Shown here: positions 9,987-21,803 of the stretch, piece after piece
Layout: the number at the start of each line of letters is the position of its first letter
Numbering within the stretch: position 1 is the stretch's first letter
NCBI RefSeq assembly: GCF_000143415.4
Contig: NW_003314263.1
Coordinates: 2,358,041 to 2,422,040 of the forward strand
Source of the DNA: Selaginella moellendorffii
Lineage: Eukaryota > Plantae > Lycopodiophyta
DNA length: 64,000 bases
Reading direction: 5' to 3'
Program-made: the position numbers and the translations under genes
The notes under the pieces: generated by a model
Seen by the model: only the letters and a program-made list of their open reading frames with translations
The model's database searches: none
Told to the model about the DNA's origin: nothing

Positions 9987-11136
9987 TGTAAGGAACCGAC
10001 TCCCCGAGATGTCGTAGGCTAAAGGATCCCCAAAAGCTTGACCGAAGTGACAAAGAGTTCATCGGATGGGACCAAGTCGAGGATCGAGTCCAAGACCGAC
10101 TCTAGGACCGAGTTCGAGATAGAGTCCGGAATCGAGTCCGAGACCGACTCGGGGACCGAGTTCGAGTCCGAGTTCGAGACCGAGTTCGAGACGGAGTCCG
10201 AGATCCGAAATCGGGTCCAAGACCGAGTCCGAGGTCGAGTCCGAGGTCGAGTCCGAGATCGGGTCCGAGATCGAGTCCGTGATCGAGTCCGAACCCGAAT
10301 CCGAAGTCGGATCCGAAATCGGGTCCGAGATCGAGCCAGAGACTAAGTCCAAATACTAATACGGGTCAAGGGGTGAAAGCCCAAAGCGTGCGTCTCCCAG
10401 GGGGGGGGGGGGCTGCAGGGGGTTCCAAAAGTATAGTAGGGATAGTGAGGTCCAGGAACCAGTTTTGAAGGGACTCTCCAGTTGGGCTTCCAAACCGACT
10501 TGAGGTTGGGACTGGGACCGAGGGGCCTTGGGTGGGAGTGAGCATGGACTTGGCTGGTGCCGGAGGGGCCATCCAAGGAAGTGCTCAAGAGTAGCTCCCA
10601 CTCCCGAAAGGGAAACCGATTGCGGTGCTCCCGGCTCATGTGGAGTGGTGCCCCACTTGAGTACCATGCGGCTCATTAGTCCTCGCCCTTCCTAGGGGCT
10701 TGGGCCTTCCTTCGGGATGGAAGTGGGGGGCGAGAGGTACCCATACCGGGCCGCTAGGCCACGGTGTTTCGCCCCGGCGTCCCGAAGCAAGTGTTGCACT
10801 CAAGACTTGGGATTTAGAGGGTCCCATGATCAAGTCTTGTGGTACCAAGGGATGTTAGGAACCTGGAAGCTTGGTGTGCTTGGCTGCTTGTGCTTGCGGG
10901 GAGTGTAGCCGAACCTTAAGTCCAGTCTAACTCGGGGAGGGGGATTGGGAGTGATTTGGGAATCCATGGAAGGATGGCTAACACTCCGTTGCTCATGCAG
11001 TGAGTAGCTGAAACCAAGTAGGAGCTGGTACCATAGGCGAGAACCTTGGCGAGGGAACTTAGCAAAAGCCAAGGCAGTGTTGGACGGATAGGCGAGGTAA
11101 GCTGGCAAAGTGGAAAGGAAAAATTTGTGGCTTACA
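9987..11136 (+). repeat. 3' LTR of element B
   Basis: Direct repeat of 3604-4752, followed by TSD AACAG. Confidence 0.95.
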
Positions 11137-11141
11137 AACAG

Positions 11142-14100
11142 CCAATAGAGCAGCAATAGCAACCACCAATCCAACAAGTACAACAACCTCGGCAGCAACA
11201 AGCAGGGAATATGGCAACGACAAAAATGAAGTATACCATCTTTAATGGTATGGGAGATCCAGATGCCCACGTGACAGCGTTTGAGAATACGTCTACAGCA
11301 AATGATGAGGCAGATGCAGCAGATCGCAGGAAACTTTTTCCAGCCACGTTACAGGGCGTAGCTGCAGAATGGATGGCTCAAGTTCCAGCAGCGACAGATT
11401 GGGCAGCATTGAGAGCATCCTTTTTGGCTACCTTTCGGCCAGTAGGCTTTTCACAGCGACTCATGAGTGATCTGAGTCATTTTCAACTCTTGCCTGGCGA
11501 GAGTTTACAAAGCTATACATTAAGGTTCAAGGGATTGATCCTCAAGAAGCAGCCACAACCGACAGAAGAAGAGCAAGCACAGTATTACACAAATGGCTTG
11601 CCTCATGCGGTTAGCTTTCATGTCTCATGCCATAATCCACAAACTTTGGCCGATGCAATTCGTCTGGCGGGAACCTGGGAGCAAGCGCAGCTCAAGATGA
11701 GACACCACTTCAGTAATCTTGGACTGGGAGCTTTTGGCGATGGAATGATGAATTCCATGATGGGAGGACTCGGAAGCACACCGCAACAACCAATACCTAT
11801 TGGACAGCAGCCTTTTGGAGTCTTTGGAACAGGTCTTGGGATGATGGACTATAGCCGCCAACAACAGCAACAATGGCAAGCTTCAACAAGTGTAGTTCCA
11901 AATCCAGCGGCAACTACAGTGGACATCCAAGCAGAGATGAAGAAAATAAAGGAAGACATGGTGGAAGCCATGACAAAAAAGATGAGTGACATGCAATTGA
12001 ACTCAGAGGGGTACAGAGCAGGCCACAGCCCGTGCGGCAGCGAGAAAACATCTGGTGTGTGCGATGCAACAATTATGGACACTACCCAAATGAGTGTCCA
12101 CAGCCAGTGGTGAATCGAGAGAAGTGTCAATATTGCCGGCGAACTAATCATCGCTCAGAGGATTGTTTTTACAAGCCAGGAAATCCAGCAATCCCTGCAA
12201 GTTACATCCAGACTGCGCCATCATCACCACCATCTTTGGCTCAAGCACCGACCTTCTTTCAACGCCCGTTTTCTCCTCCAGTCCAGACCATGAGCTACGA
12301 GCCAGTGATTCAGGGGTATACGCCAGATATGATTCCAGTATATGCAGCAGCACCAATTCCAGGTGGCCGTGGACGAGGAGCTCCCTGTAGAGGACCTGTT
12401 CAATGCTGGAATTGCGATGAGATGGGCCACATTTCACCAAACTGTCCACATCCCAGGAAGCAGATTGGGTACCAGCCCATATGTGGAATCTGTCAGACAC
12501 AGGGCTTGCACGAGCAGGACAATTGCCCGCATAAGCTCAAGCCAAGCAAGGGGAAGGGGGTTGTAGAAAGCAATGCAATTTTTGTCCAGCAAGCTGCACC
12601 AGAATCTGGAGTTATGACACGGGCACGAAGGCGTCAACAGATGGAGAACTCTATAATTGAGGATGCTGAGGAGAAGGATGACCCAGAGAAAATTGCAAGA
12701 AAGAACCGCAAGGAGAAAAGAGAGAGCAAGCAGCCCAAATCAGATCCACCGGCTACAAATGACCAAGATAAACCAGTCCCTGATTCTGAAATAACTACCC
12801 CAGCTAGGGCTCTTGACAAGGGCCAGGGAGTTGCCAAGGCGCTACGTAAAAAGTGGAAATCAGTGGAAGCTGAATCTGGAAACGCAGCCGTACAATATTC
12901 TTCAAGACTTGGATAGTCAACGCCCGAACATCACATTCGCCCAGCTTTTGCAATTGGCTCCAGGCATGAGGAAAGTGTTGGCCGTGGCCATGAAGGGACA
13001 TCGAGAAGTACTGGTTAATTCAGCTTGGCCCCTTATCACAGATCTCAGTTCCCCCTGTATAGATGTGGAGACACAAGGTGAGCTAATCCGTCGTGCTGTG
13101 ATCGATGGTGGAAGTGGAGTGAATATTTTGCCTGAGGAGACCTGGCGAAAGTTCAATCTTCCAGAACCAGTTCCAGTGCCATTTATGGTTAAAATGGCCG
13201 ACCAGAGACGTGTCCAGCCAAGAGGAATCGTGACCGGTGTTCGCACTCAGATTGCTGGTCTAGTTTTCCACATCGATTTCGTGGTTTTGAGGATGAAGGA
13301 GGGCATGTTGGGCTATCCACTGCTGCTCGGACGTCCTTGGCTTCTCCAGGCGGCAGCTGTGCATAATTGGCGTACAGGAATTCTTGCCATTGGCGATGGC
13401 AATAATCGTGTTAAAGTCCAAGTTCATTTTCGCCCTAGGGCACGGCGAGTACTTGGGGCAGAACAGGAGGATGAAGACAGCTCTGATACATCCAATTCTA
13501 GTAGCCAGACAAACAGTGAGGACGATGAGGAGGATAGCAGCAACACAACCAGTTGTGAGGAGCTAGAAATGGTGGATGTGGCTGCTATCACCAAGAATTC
13601 CTGGGGTAAGCCTCTTTCAGCATGCAACACTGAGGAGCTTGAGAGCTGGCTGTGGGGAAAGGATGGAGAGTTGCCTTTTGGTAGCGTACAGGTGGTGGAA
13701 GAAGAGACTGGTGCCAGACAGTGGCGAGGACGGAGCCCTTTTCCTCGCTACATCGCTACGGTGCTACACGAGAAGTGGATGGACGGCATTTTGAATCCTG
13801 ATGTGAGGAACAATTTTTTGAGCGAGGAACTAGTTGCCACTTGCCAGCTCGAAGCTATTCCAGTGGAGCAGCCATGTTGGGCTATGCGAGCAGGGGAGCT
13901 GAAGCGGATAGTATATAGAGTTCCAGGTTTGACGATCAAGATACCAGAATTTCCAGTCGACTTGGATTTTCTGGTGGCACCTTGGAAAATGGACAACTAT
14001 ATCCTGCTGGGACGAGATTTCTTAAAGGCAGTAAGAGTGTCTCATCAGTGGAATGATCCGCTTCACTTGTGGATTCCAAATCCACATGGCAATGACAGAG

Positions 14101-16200
14101 TGCAGATCGACATGGAAGAAGGGGACGAGCCCAGAGAGCAAGTTTTTATCACGGTGTTGGAATCAAGAGCTGAAAATCAAGCTGTGCCAATGCCAGTGGC
14201 GTTCCAGACAGTGGATAGTTCTGAGGCCTGGATGGGAGGAACCAAAGCGATGCATCTTACAGCATCTTTGGAGAATGTGGAACTCACAGCAATGGTGGAT
14301 CCAGGAGCACTTGGCAACTTTTTGACAAAAGATGGAGCAGCTCGAGCAAGCTTGGCGATTATAGCTCTTCCTGAGCATTACATTGCCGTTTGTGCTGATG
14401 GTGGAGTTTTTCCAGTGCTGGGTCTCGTGAGTTCCAACATGGTGATTGGTGAGGGAGACTTTCACGAGGTGCCTTTTTATGTGATCGAGGGCACTGTGAC
14501 TAGCGTACCAGTTACTTTGGGAGCAGCTTGGCTTTTCCAGGTACAGGCTAGTCACGACTATGTGACTGGTACTCTGGTGGTGGAAGATGATAATCATCGA
14601 TATCGGACAATCATCTTGTCTGATATCAGTGCGTTTGATTATCACTTTTCTTACATGCTGAAAGTCGAGAAGGCTTCAAGGTTAAAAAGCAAGAAAGTGA
14701 CAGCATGCAAGGATCGTAGTATGCTCAAGTCATCACCAACTCAGCTAATTGAGATCGGGAATGGACCTCAAGATCTAGCTGGTCATCAACTTTCCGTGGA
14801 CGTGGTGCCAACAGCTGATTTGGAAGCAGGAAATTATCCCAGCTATTTTTTTAAGGAGCAGGTTGCTGATCTTCCACTCAAGGAGACTTCCGCTCGTTCT
14901 CAAGTCGATTCAGATTATTTTGGAAGGGCACCCCAGACACAGGCTGTGTTTATGGAGCAGGTTGGTGACGAGCGACGTGAGTTACTGGTGGGACACCAAC
15001 TCACCAAGGAGGAGGTGGAAGCTTATCGTCAACTATTTTTGGAGTTTCGAGATGGTGTTCTGAGGCGCTGCATTCTTCCTCATGAGGTGCAGCAGGTGAT
15101 TGGCTCTTGCCATGATTCTCCCTACGGTGGGCATTATGCAGCAGCAGCGACTATACGGCTTGTGCTCCAAACTGGTTATTGGTGGCCAACGCTCCAGCAG
15201 GATGTGGCGAAATTTGTGAGAAGTTGTGATCCATGCCAGTGTGTTGGGCGTCCTACTCGACGAGATGCAATGCCGTTACATCCGATTATTCCAGCTCTAC
15301 CTTTTGAGAAGTGGGGAATCGACTTCATGGGGCCGTTCAAGCCTACGTGACATCGCCGGAATCGTTATATCTTGGTCTGCACAGACTATGTGACCAAGTG
15401 GGTGGAAGCTGAGGCTTTTACTGAGGACACGACAGAGAAGGTAGCAGGATTCCTCTACAAGAATATCATCACGCGTTTCGGATGCCCACTTGAGCTTGTG
15501 AGTGATTGAGGTACGCATTTTATTAATGCGGTCATTGCAGCTCTCACAACCAAGTATGGCATTTCCCATCGACGTTCGACACCATATCATCCAAGAGCAA
15601 ACGGCCAAGTTGAGAGAACCAATAAGACACTATGCGACACCATGACTAAGCTTTGCAACGCAAGTGCTAGCGACTGGGATACCAAACTTCTTGATGCGCT
15701 ATGGGCTTACAGGGTTGCCTACAAGGTAACTACACGGTTCTCACCATTTCAATTGGTTTATGGCCAGGAGGTGATCCTTCCTCTCGAGCTGGAAGTTCCT
15801 TTTTTGCGAACAGCGGTAGCTCACAATTATGACTGGGATGGAGCTGTTCAGCAGCGGCTGGAGCAGTTGGAGAAGCTGGATGAGACTCGCCTCCTTGCTT
15901 TCCAAGCCCGTGAAGTTCTCCAACGTCAACGCAAGAAGTGGTATGATCGTCATTTACGGGCTAAGAGTTTTCAGGAAGGAGATCTCGTGCTGCTATATGA
16001 GAGCAAGTACTGGAAGCGTCCGGGAAAGCTTAAGATCCGCTGGATTGGGCCTTATCGCGTGAAGGCTGTGAATATCAATGGCTCAGTCAAGCTGGAGGAT
16101 TTTGCTGGTAATCCTTTGCCCACACCGGTGAACGGAGCTTGACTGCGGTGCTACCAAGTTCCATCTGGAGAGGAGTGCTCCGGGGATGGAGCACAATAGT
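11142..16200 (+). pseudogene. Element A gag-pol remnant: Gag, four zinc knuckles, three protease-like domains, integrase; no RT/RNase H
   Basis: ORFs 11211-12113, 12032-12916, 12813-15350 and 15642-16142; integrase motifs CHDSPYGGHY, CDPCQ, WGIDFMGP, SD*GTHF, YHPRANGQVE, WIGPY; frameshifts and TGA stops. Confidence 0.9.
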
Positions 16201-16211
16201 CGCCGGGGTGA

Positions 16212-16677
16212 TGTCGAGGGCCAGAGCCAGCTCAAGAATAAGACTTGGTCCAAGTCGGGGTTTTTTCCTTCTTTTTGGTTATAGTGGGGGGAATAAGGGA
16301 ATATTCTGCTGAAAACAGGGTGCGTCCCTTGGTGCCAGAGGTTGACGATAGGGGGGATGGCCAATTTCCAGGCATAGGATGTGTGTAGAGGGGGAGGGAG
16401 TGAAATAAAGAGAAGGTCTTGGAAGGATGCCTCGTCCAATAGCCTTGGAGCGCGTGGAGCGGAGGTTGGCAGTGCAGCGGCGACTACGGTTGTTCGAGGA
16501 GCGTATCACAGCGAGAATCGTTCAAGATCAACCAATCTGTGTGAGTTGTCCGACTTGTGGGCAGCCCTGGGTTAGGATGTTGGCAGAGGTTCTAGTAGAG
16601 GTCGCTGACGAGGCTAGAGACGAGGCTAGGCAGCAGTGATTCTCCACGTCGCTGGTGTGTTGTCGCGAGGAGCGACA
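16212..16677 (+). repeat. 3' LTR of element A
   Basis: Direct repeat of 2773-3238, followed by TSD GTGTG. Confidence 0.95.
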
Positions 16678-17398
16678 GTGTGCTAAAAGTGAGCTTACTT
16701 CAAAGAAAATAATGCATTTTTCTTAATGATATTTTAGAGACTACCTTACATAATGCAATATAATAGTAGAGATATATAAAATGATTTTCCAGATTTACAA
16801 CAAAGATGTTAGATGTATAGTTAATTTACATTAAATCTAGAACTGATGTATACCATAGATGATGGAAAATCATACCATACAATCTAAATCATATTTAGAA
16901 GCTATATCCCAAAACTTTAAACTAATTGAGAAAGAGGGTGCACTCTTATTAAACTTCAATATACTTTCTATAAATACTTAATGATATACATTTTTAGGGA
17001 AATATTTAGTTTGTACAATAACTATATACTTTATCTAGTTAATTTAGTATATTTTATATAGATAATTTAATAGTTTCTAATATAATAAAACTGCTAATCC
17101 GTGGCATTTTTTGGGATGCCAAGAACATCATTTTAGCATTATGTATGTATAATATACAAAGAAAATTATTACACAATATTATATTGAAGATTATTATATT
17201 ATATTTCTAAAAAATAAAAAAGTAGAAAACATATACTAGTAAACTATGATTAATAAAAATTAATAATATTATAATTTATGAACAGGTAAAATTTAAAGCT
17301 AAAAATATTATAGTATTATGATAGATTCTAGAAACAGTTTCAAGTATAGCCACTATTTAAAACGTAGTATTTTACAAATGGAGTGATATTAAAAATAC

Positions 17399-17402
<4 letters not shown>

Positions 17403-17470
<68 letters not shown>
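17403..17470. repeat. (TA)n microsatellite
   Basis: About 34 perfect TA units. Confidence 0.98.
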
Positions 17471-17472
<2 letters not shown>

Positions 17473-17520
17473 CACACACATATATAATATATATAGGTTT
17501 TATTGCTTTATTTATAAAAA

Positions 17521-18387
17521 ATGATCACTACTACAGATGTGTATCATGTTGTATATTTTGCATATCAAGGAGCTCTAACAGCAATGAATGTAAATCCTGC
17601 TATTATTGTTGGCGCTCTTATAAGTTTCATTACAATTGCACTTCCATCAGGAAGACACACACCAATAGAATCTACTCCAACAATGCCCATGAGAATAGCA
17701 GGGACGGCAGGATTAACAGTTAATTTAAATGTTTTTATATTTTCAAGTTTTATAGATTGTGGTGTAGATTCTCAAGGTAGACAATTAGTTGAAAATGATA
17801 GAGTAGTGGATGTACTTACAAGAGCTAGTAGAGAAATTATCCCAATTATTTTGAGCAATAATGCAGCACATTTTTTAGCAGTTATTTTTGATCCAGAGGT
17901 TGGAGTATTTGGTTTATTATATAGTATAAGAGGTTATATCCCAAAATCTCCATCTAGTACTGCACTATTAGCAAAAGTTTCATACTTTTGTAACCCACTG
18001 AATACTAGACTTATAAGTGGGTATAAGAACATGCCATTGGCAACATTAAAAATTGGACAAGAATTAATTGATTTTCCAAAAGGTTTTACAATAATAATGC
18101 AATATGATTGTAATGTTGTATTTTATATTGCTATTAATGCCTTTTGGAGTACAAAAACATATGGGAAAAGTTTTGATTGTAACTTGAGAATGCAAGAAGA
18201 TGGTAATCTTGTTCTATATGGAGCTTTTGATATAAATAATTACTGGTCCAGTGGAAGTTATTGTAAAAGTTATAATTGTGTTATGCTATCAATATTTCAT
18301 GTTCAAAAGGATTGCAATTTATTAATTTCTAAGGATGGAACTCCAAATATACCAACGTGGCAAAGTGGTTTAACTTGTAAATTGTAA
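17521..18387 (+). CDS. Intronless AT-rich ORF with C-terminal bulb-type (GNA/B-lectin) mannose-binding domain; likely start ATG 17584 with signal-peptide-like stretch
   Basis: Three QxDxNxVxY-like motifs (MQYDCNVVFY, MQEDGNLVLY, VQKDCNLLIS) each followed by W-[SQ]-[ST]; hydrophobic MNVNPAIIVGALISFITIAL. Confidence 0.7.
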   Translation: MITTTDVYHVVYFAYQGALTAMNVNPAIIVGALISFITIALPSGRHTPIESTPTMPMRIAGTAGLTVNLNVFIFSSFIDCGVDSQGRQLVENDRVVDVLTRASREIIPIILSNNAAHFLAVIFDPEVGVFGLLYSIRGYIPKSPSSTALLAKVSYFCNPLNTRLISGYKNMPLATLKIGQELIDFPKGFTIIMQYDCNVVFYIAINAFWSTKTYGKSFDCNLRMQEDGNLVLYGAFDINNYWSSGSYCKSYNCVMLSIFHVQKDCNLLISKDGTPNIPTWQSGLTCKL

Positions 18388-18559
18388 TTTTCAATTAAAA
18401 TCTAGCTAACTAGACTTATTCATTTATTATTAAGTTTTTAATATTTGATACAAGAATATGAATAAACACAATAAAATTTAACAATTTTAAAATATCTTTT
18501 TATAATTTAATTTTTTAAGATAAATCAATGTTCTTAAAATAAAGTCCTAGTCCTTAATT

Positions 18560-19400
18560 CCTAAAATAGAGTTGAATGGCCAAAAGTTTAATGAGCATAA
18601 CATATTTGAGCCAAAAGCTTTGTCTTGAAAAGTTGAGAGTAGGTATGGAATTCCCAAAGAAGCACTCAAGGAATGAACACAAAATAATTGATAAGTCTCT
18701 AGAAAAAAATAAAGAATGATTGACATATAGCAAATGTTGTGATATATGAAAATGTCGAGACAAAAGTCCTAGAACCCAAGGACTTGAAGTCAATATAGTT
18801 TTGATACTGCTATTTAGCAAGTACCCTAATTGGGATGAAGACCATAGAGAATGGACTCTTCCAAAGGGTTAAATGTGTAATTAAATAATTAAATTAGAAT
18901 GAAAAATTTAATCACTTACATTTGGTTTTAAAGTTGTTTCTTAGTCTAACTTTTATTAGGGGTTAAATATATTATCACTTAATATTGACATTTAAAGGTC
19001 CTAGAAATGATGCTATACTTAAGAAGTAGGATGTCATGATAGCATGACTCTTTATTTTGGTTCATAGGTGAACTTGAAGCAAGTGTGATAGATAAAAAAG
19101 GGGTCAATAAAAGAACAACTTTGGGATCTTGAGAAATATAAATGTTTTTCTTTAGAGAATTGAGGATATAATCTATATTAAAGTTAAGTTTTGCAAATTT
19201 GGCTTTAATGTAGTTGTGGTAGATAACTATGGACTTGAAGAAAAAAGACTTCTAGACAATAAAGAAACCATAGGATGGAAGGTAAAATTATTTTGTGTGT
19301 GAGAGTTTCTTGGCTCTTGAAGCAAGGGAAAAAGCTCAAGGTTAGGTAACAAAGAAGGGTCTTGAACAAGAGACAACACACTCATGGATAGTTTAGAAAG
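18560..19400 (+). mobile_element. Ancient decayed copy of element C family (LTR 3' end, PBS, start of internal region)
   Basis: 18895-19010 TAGAATGAAAAATTTAATCACTTACATTTGGTTTTAAAGTTGTTTCTTAGTCTAACTTTTATT aligns to 26943-27010 with mainly C>T/G>A changes; homology continues to ~19300. Boundaries approximate. Confidence 0.75.
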
Positions 19401-21365
19401 TGTGGTAGTGTGGAGGAAGGCGTGAAGCTAAATACTTACTCTCATGATGTTTTTAAGCATAATAGATTATTTTAGATCCCTAGAATATTCTTCTCCTTAT
19501 ATATTAGTCCATGGGAGGCTTGAGTTCAGGATTTCACCCCATTTCCTTTGTGCTTAAGCTCTTTGGTGTCACAAGCATATGCATGAGTGTGCAGAGCTGT
19601 GATTGGGGTTAAGAGATGCCTTAACAATTGGTGAGTTTATTCCAAATTGTAACATAAATGATTTTCACAGTATACCTTATAGTGATTTACCATAGAATAC
19701 CATGGAGTAGAACCTAACCTTTAGACACATGTGCCAAGGGCAATAGAGTGGGACACAAGTTTTAAGGTCTTGAGCCACTAAATGAGAGAATGAAACCCAA
19801 CTCCTAAGTATATAGCCAAGGAGTGAAGGATCAAAAGTATGGAACAACTCATAAATGTCAACCAAAGAGCGTAAGACTAAGAGTAAGGAGTAACTCCTTA
19901 GCATATAGCTAAAGAGCAAAGGGACAGGAACACAAAGTGACATTAGAATAGTCCTAACATCTCAATGCAAAGACCAATACACAAAATGGAGCTCAATAAA
20001 ATGTAGCATTATTTCAATATACAAATGGCATAATGCAAGGATATGGGTACTTCACCAGTTAGTATAGCATGAAGCAAACTTTAGGCTTTCACTTCAATCT
20101 CAAGAGTTAGTCTTTGGTCTTTGGGATAAACTCAAAAACTTATTAAATATTGAATGGCACTAAATTGTAAATTTGGATGTGAGAATAACACTTATGAGCA
20201 CTAACTCCATATATTCAACCATTCCATGCAAAATAGTGTTGGACAAATTTTAGCACAATTTCAACATACCTGTAGTTTAATGCAAGGAGATGGGTACCCC
20301 ATTGACTAGTATAGGATGAAGCTTGGGTTTAGAGGCTAGATGTAAAACAACCTAGCAATGGCTAAACTAATGTCCCAATTGGTTGGCCATGCTTCCAATT
20401 AATATTCCTACTATATATTGGAACGTTTTCATTTTGTTTTTAGTTAATACATCCTATTATAGAACTTGAGTCACTTAGTCAGATGATAGAAAACGGTCTT
20501 GCTAGTTCCCTTTGTTAGTCCCTTTTTTTCAAGTGTTAGTAAATTATATTTAGCCAGATGAGCATATGAAAGGAATTTCTAAGTGTCTATTTAACTACTT
20601 AGCCTAATTTATTAGTTCTCTAATTTACTCTGTCTTGAACTAGCTTGACAAAAACCCCTACAATATGGAGTTTAATCCCTTAATACTCATTACACTCTTG
20701 CTATTATTCCTCACGTGTTGATCCCATTTAAATCCCATTAACTATTTATAAAAAGTGTCTAGATCTGCTAGTGAAGTATATTTACAAAATGTAGAGATTA
20801 TCTTGAACACGATAATACAAGGGTTCCAAATGTATAATAGGAAACAAACCTAAGATACTATTTGGCCCCCTACTAGGTATTTTTAATCTTGAATTGGCGT
20901 GAAATCTCTTCGATCGCTTCCTGGACAACGATATGATCTATAAGACTATATACAACTCTTTGAGCTGCATGTACAAAGGAGAGAGCTCAATCCTTTGATC
21001 CCTTCTCTGGTGAAGTGACCTGTGGTTTTGTCTTTTGGAAAATACGCAAGCTCTATACCATGTTAGTTAATGGAATATTTATATCTTTATGTTATACCAC
21101 CAGTATACTTAAATAACATCAGATTCTGTTTAACTCTATTTTATGTGCTAATATTTGCATTGAGATGCTAGATGCTCTACAACTATTTTAATATTGCTCC
21201 ATGTTCCTATCCTTTTGCTCTTTAAATATGCACTAGAGAGTTATTTTATGCTCTTATTTCTTTATTCCTTTGTTGTACATTTGGGAGTTATTCTATGCTC
21301 TTGTTCCTCACTCCTTGGATATATGCTTGAGAGTTTGGTTTTGTCCCTTTGTTCAATGGCCTAAG

Positions 21366-21803
21366 TGTAAAGAACTAACTCCCCGATGTGTCATATGCTA
21401 AATGATCCATGAAATCACAACTGGAACAATAAAAATTTTACTCCAAGATTGAGTTCAAGACCACATCTAAGATAGAGGTTGAGACCAAGTCTGAGATCCA
21501 AGATCAGGTCCGAGACCAAGTTTGAGATTAAGTTTGAGGTTGAGTCCGATTAAGTCCAAGATTAAGTTTGAGACTAAGTCAGAATACTAATATAGGTCAT
21601 ATGGTGAAAGCCTCAAGTGATTGTGTTCACAAGGGGGGGGGGGGGGGGGGGGGGGGTTTGGGGGTCTCGTCTCACTTGATGATAAACCCATTGATCAAAA
21701 AATCAAGTTTACTAGTAGCGTGGAAAATAATATATGCTATAATTGAGGTGAAGTGGGGCATTTTTCAAGAGAATGTCCCTACCTAAAGAAGGCCAGAGTC
21801 AAT
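21366..21803 (+). mobile_element. Decayed, internally deleted copy of element B family (LTR 5' part joined to gag zinc-knuckle fragment)
   Basis: TGTAAAGAACTAACTCCCCG, degenerate hexamer array, GGTGAAAGCC and G24 run match LTR B; ~21683-21803 matches ~5859-5978. Confidence 0.8.

Larger units (their letters stand above)
3604..11136 (+). mobile_element. Element B: Ty3/gypsy chromovirus (Galadriel-like) nested in A
   Basis: LTRs 3604-4752 and 9987-11136 (TGTAAG...CTTACA); TSD AACAG at 3599-3603 and 11137-11141; iMet-type PBS; PPT; gag-PR-RT-RH-INT-chromodomain order. Confidence 0.97.
2773..16677 (+). mobile_element. Element A: Ty3/gypsy non-chromovirus (Athila/Selgy-like) LTR retrotransposon lacking RT/RNase H; hosts element B
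   Basis: 466-bp LTRs (TG...CA) at 2773-3238 and 16212-16677; TSD GTGTG at 2768-2772 and 16678-16682; gag, protease and integrase coding remnants. Lineage name is inference. Confidence 0.95.

Noticed and set aside
12004-12880. Programmed frameshifts in element A gag
   Set aside because: No recognisable slip site or stimulatory structure; more likely decay indels.
20330-21100. Possible minus-strand decayed gypsy integrase
   Set aside because: Only faint motif traces; cannot be supported without an HMM search.
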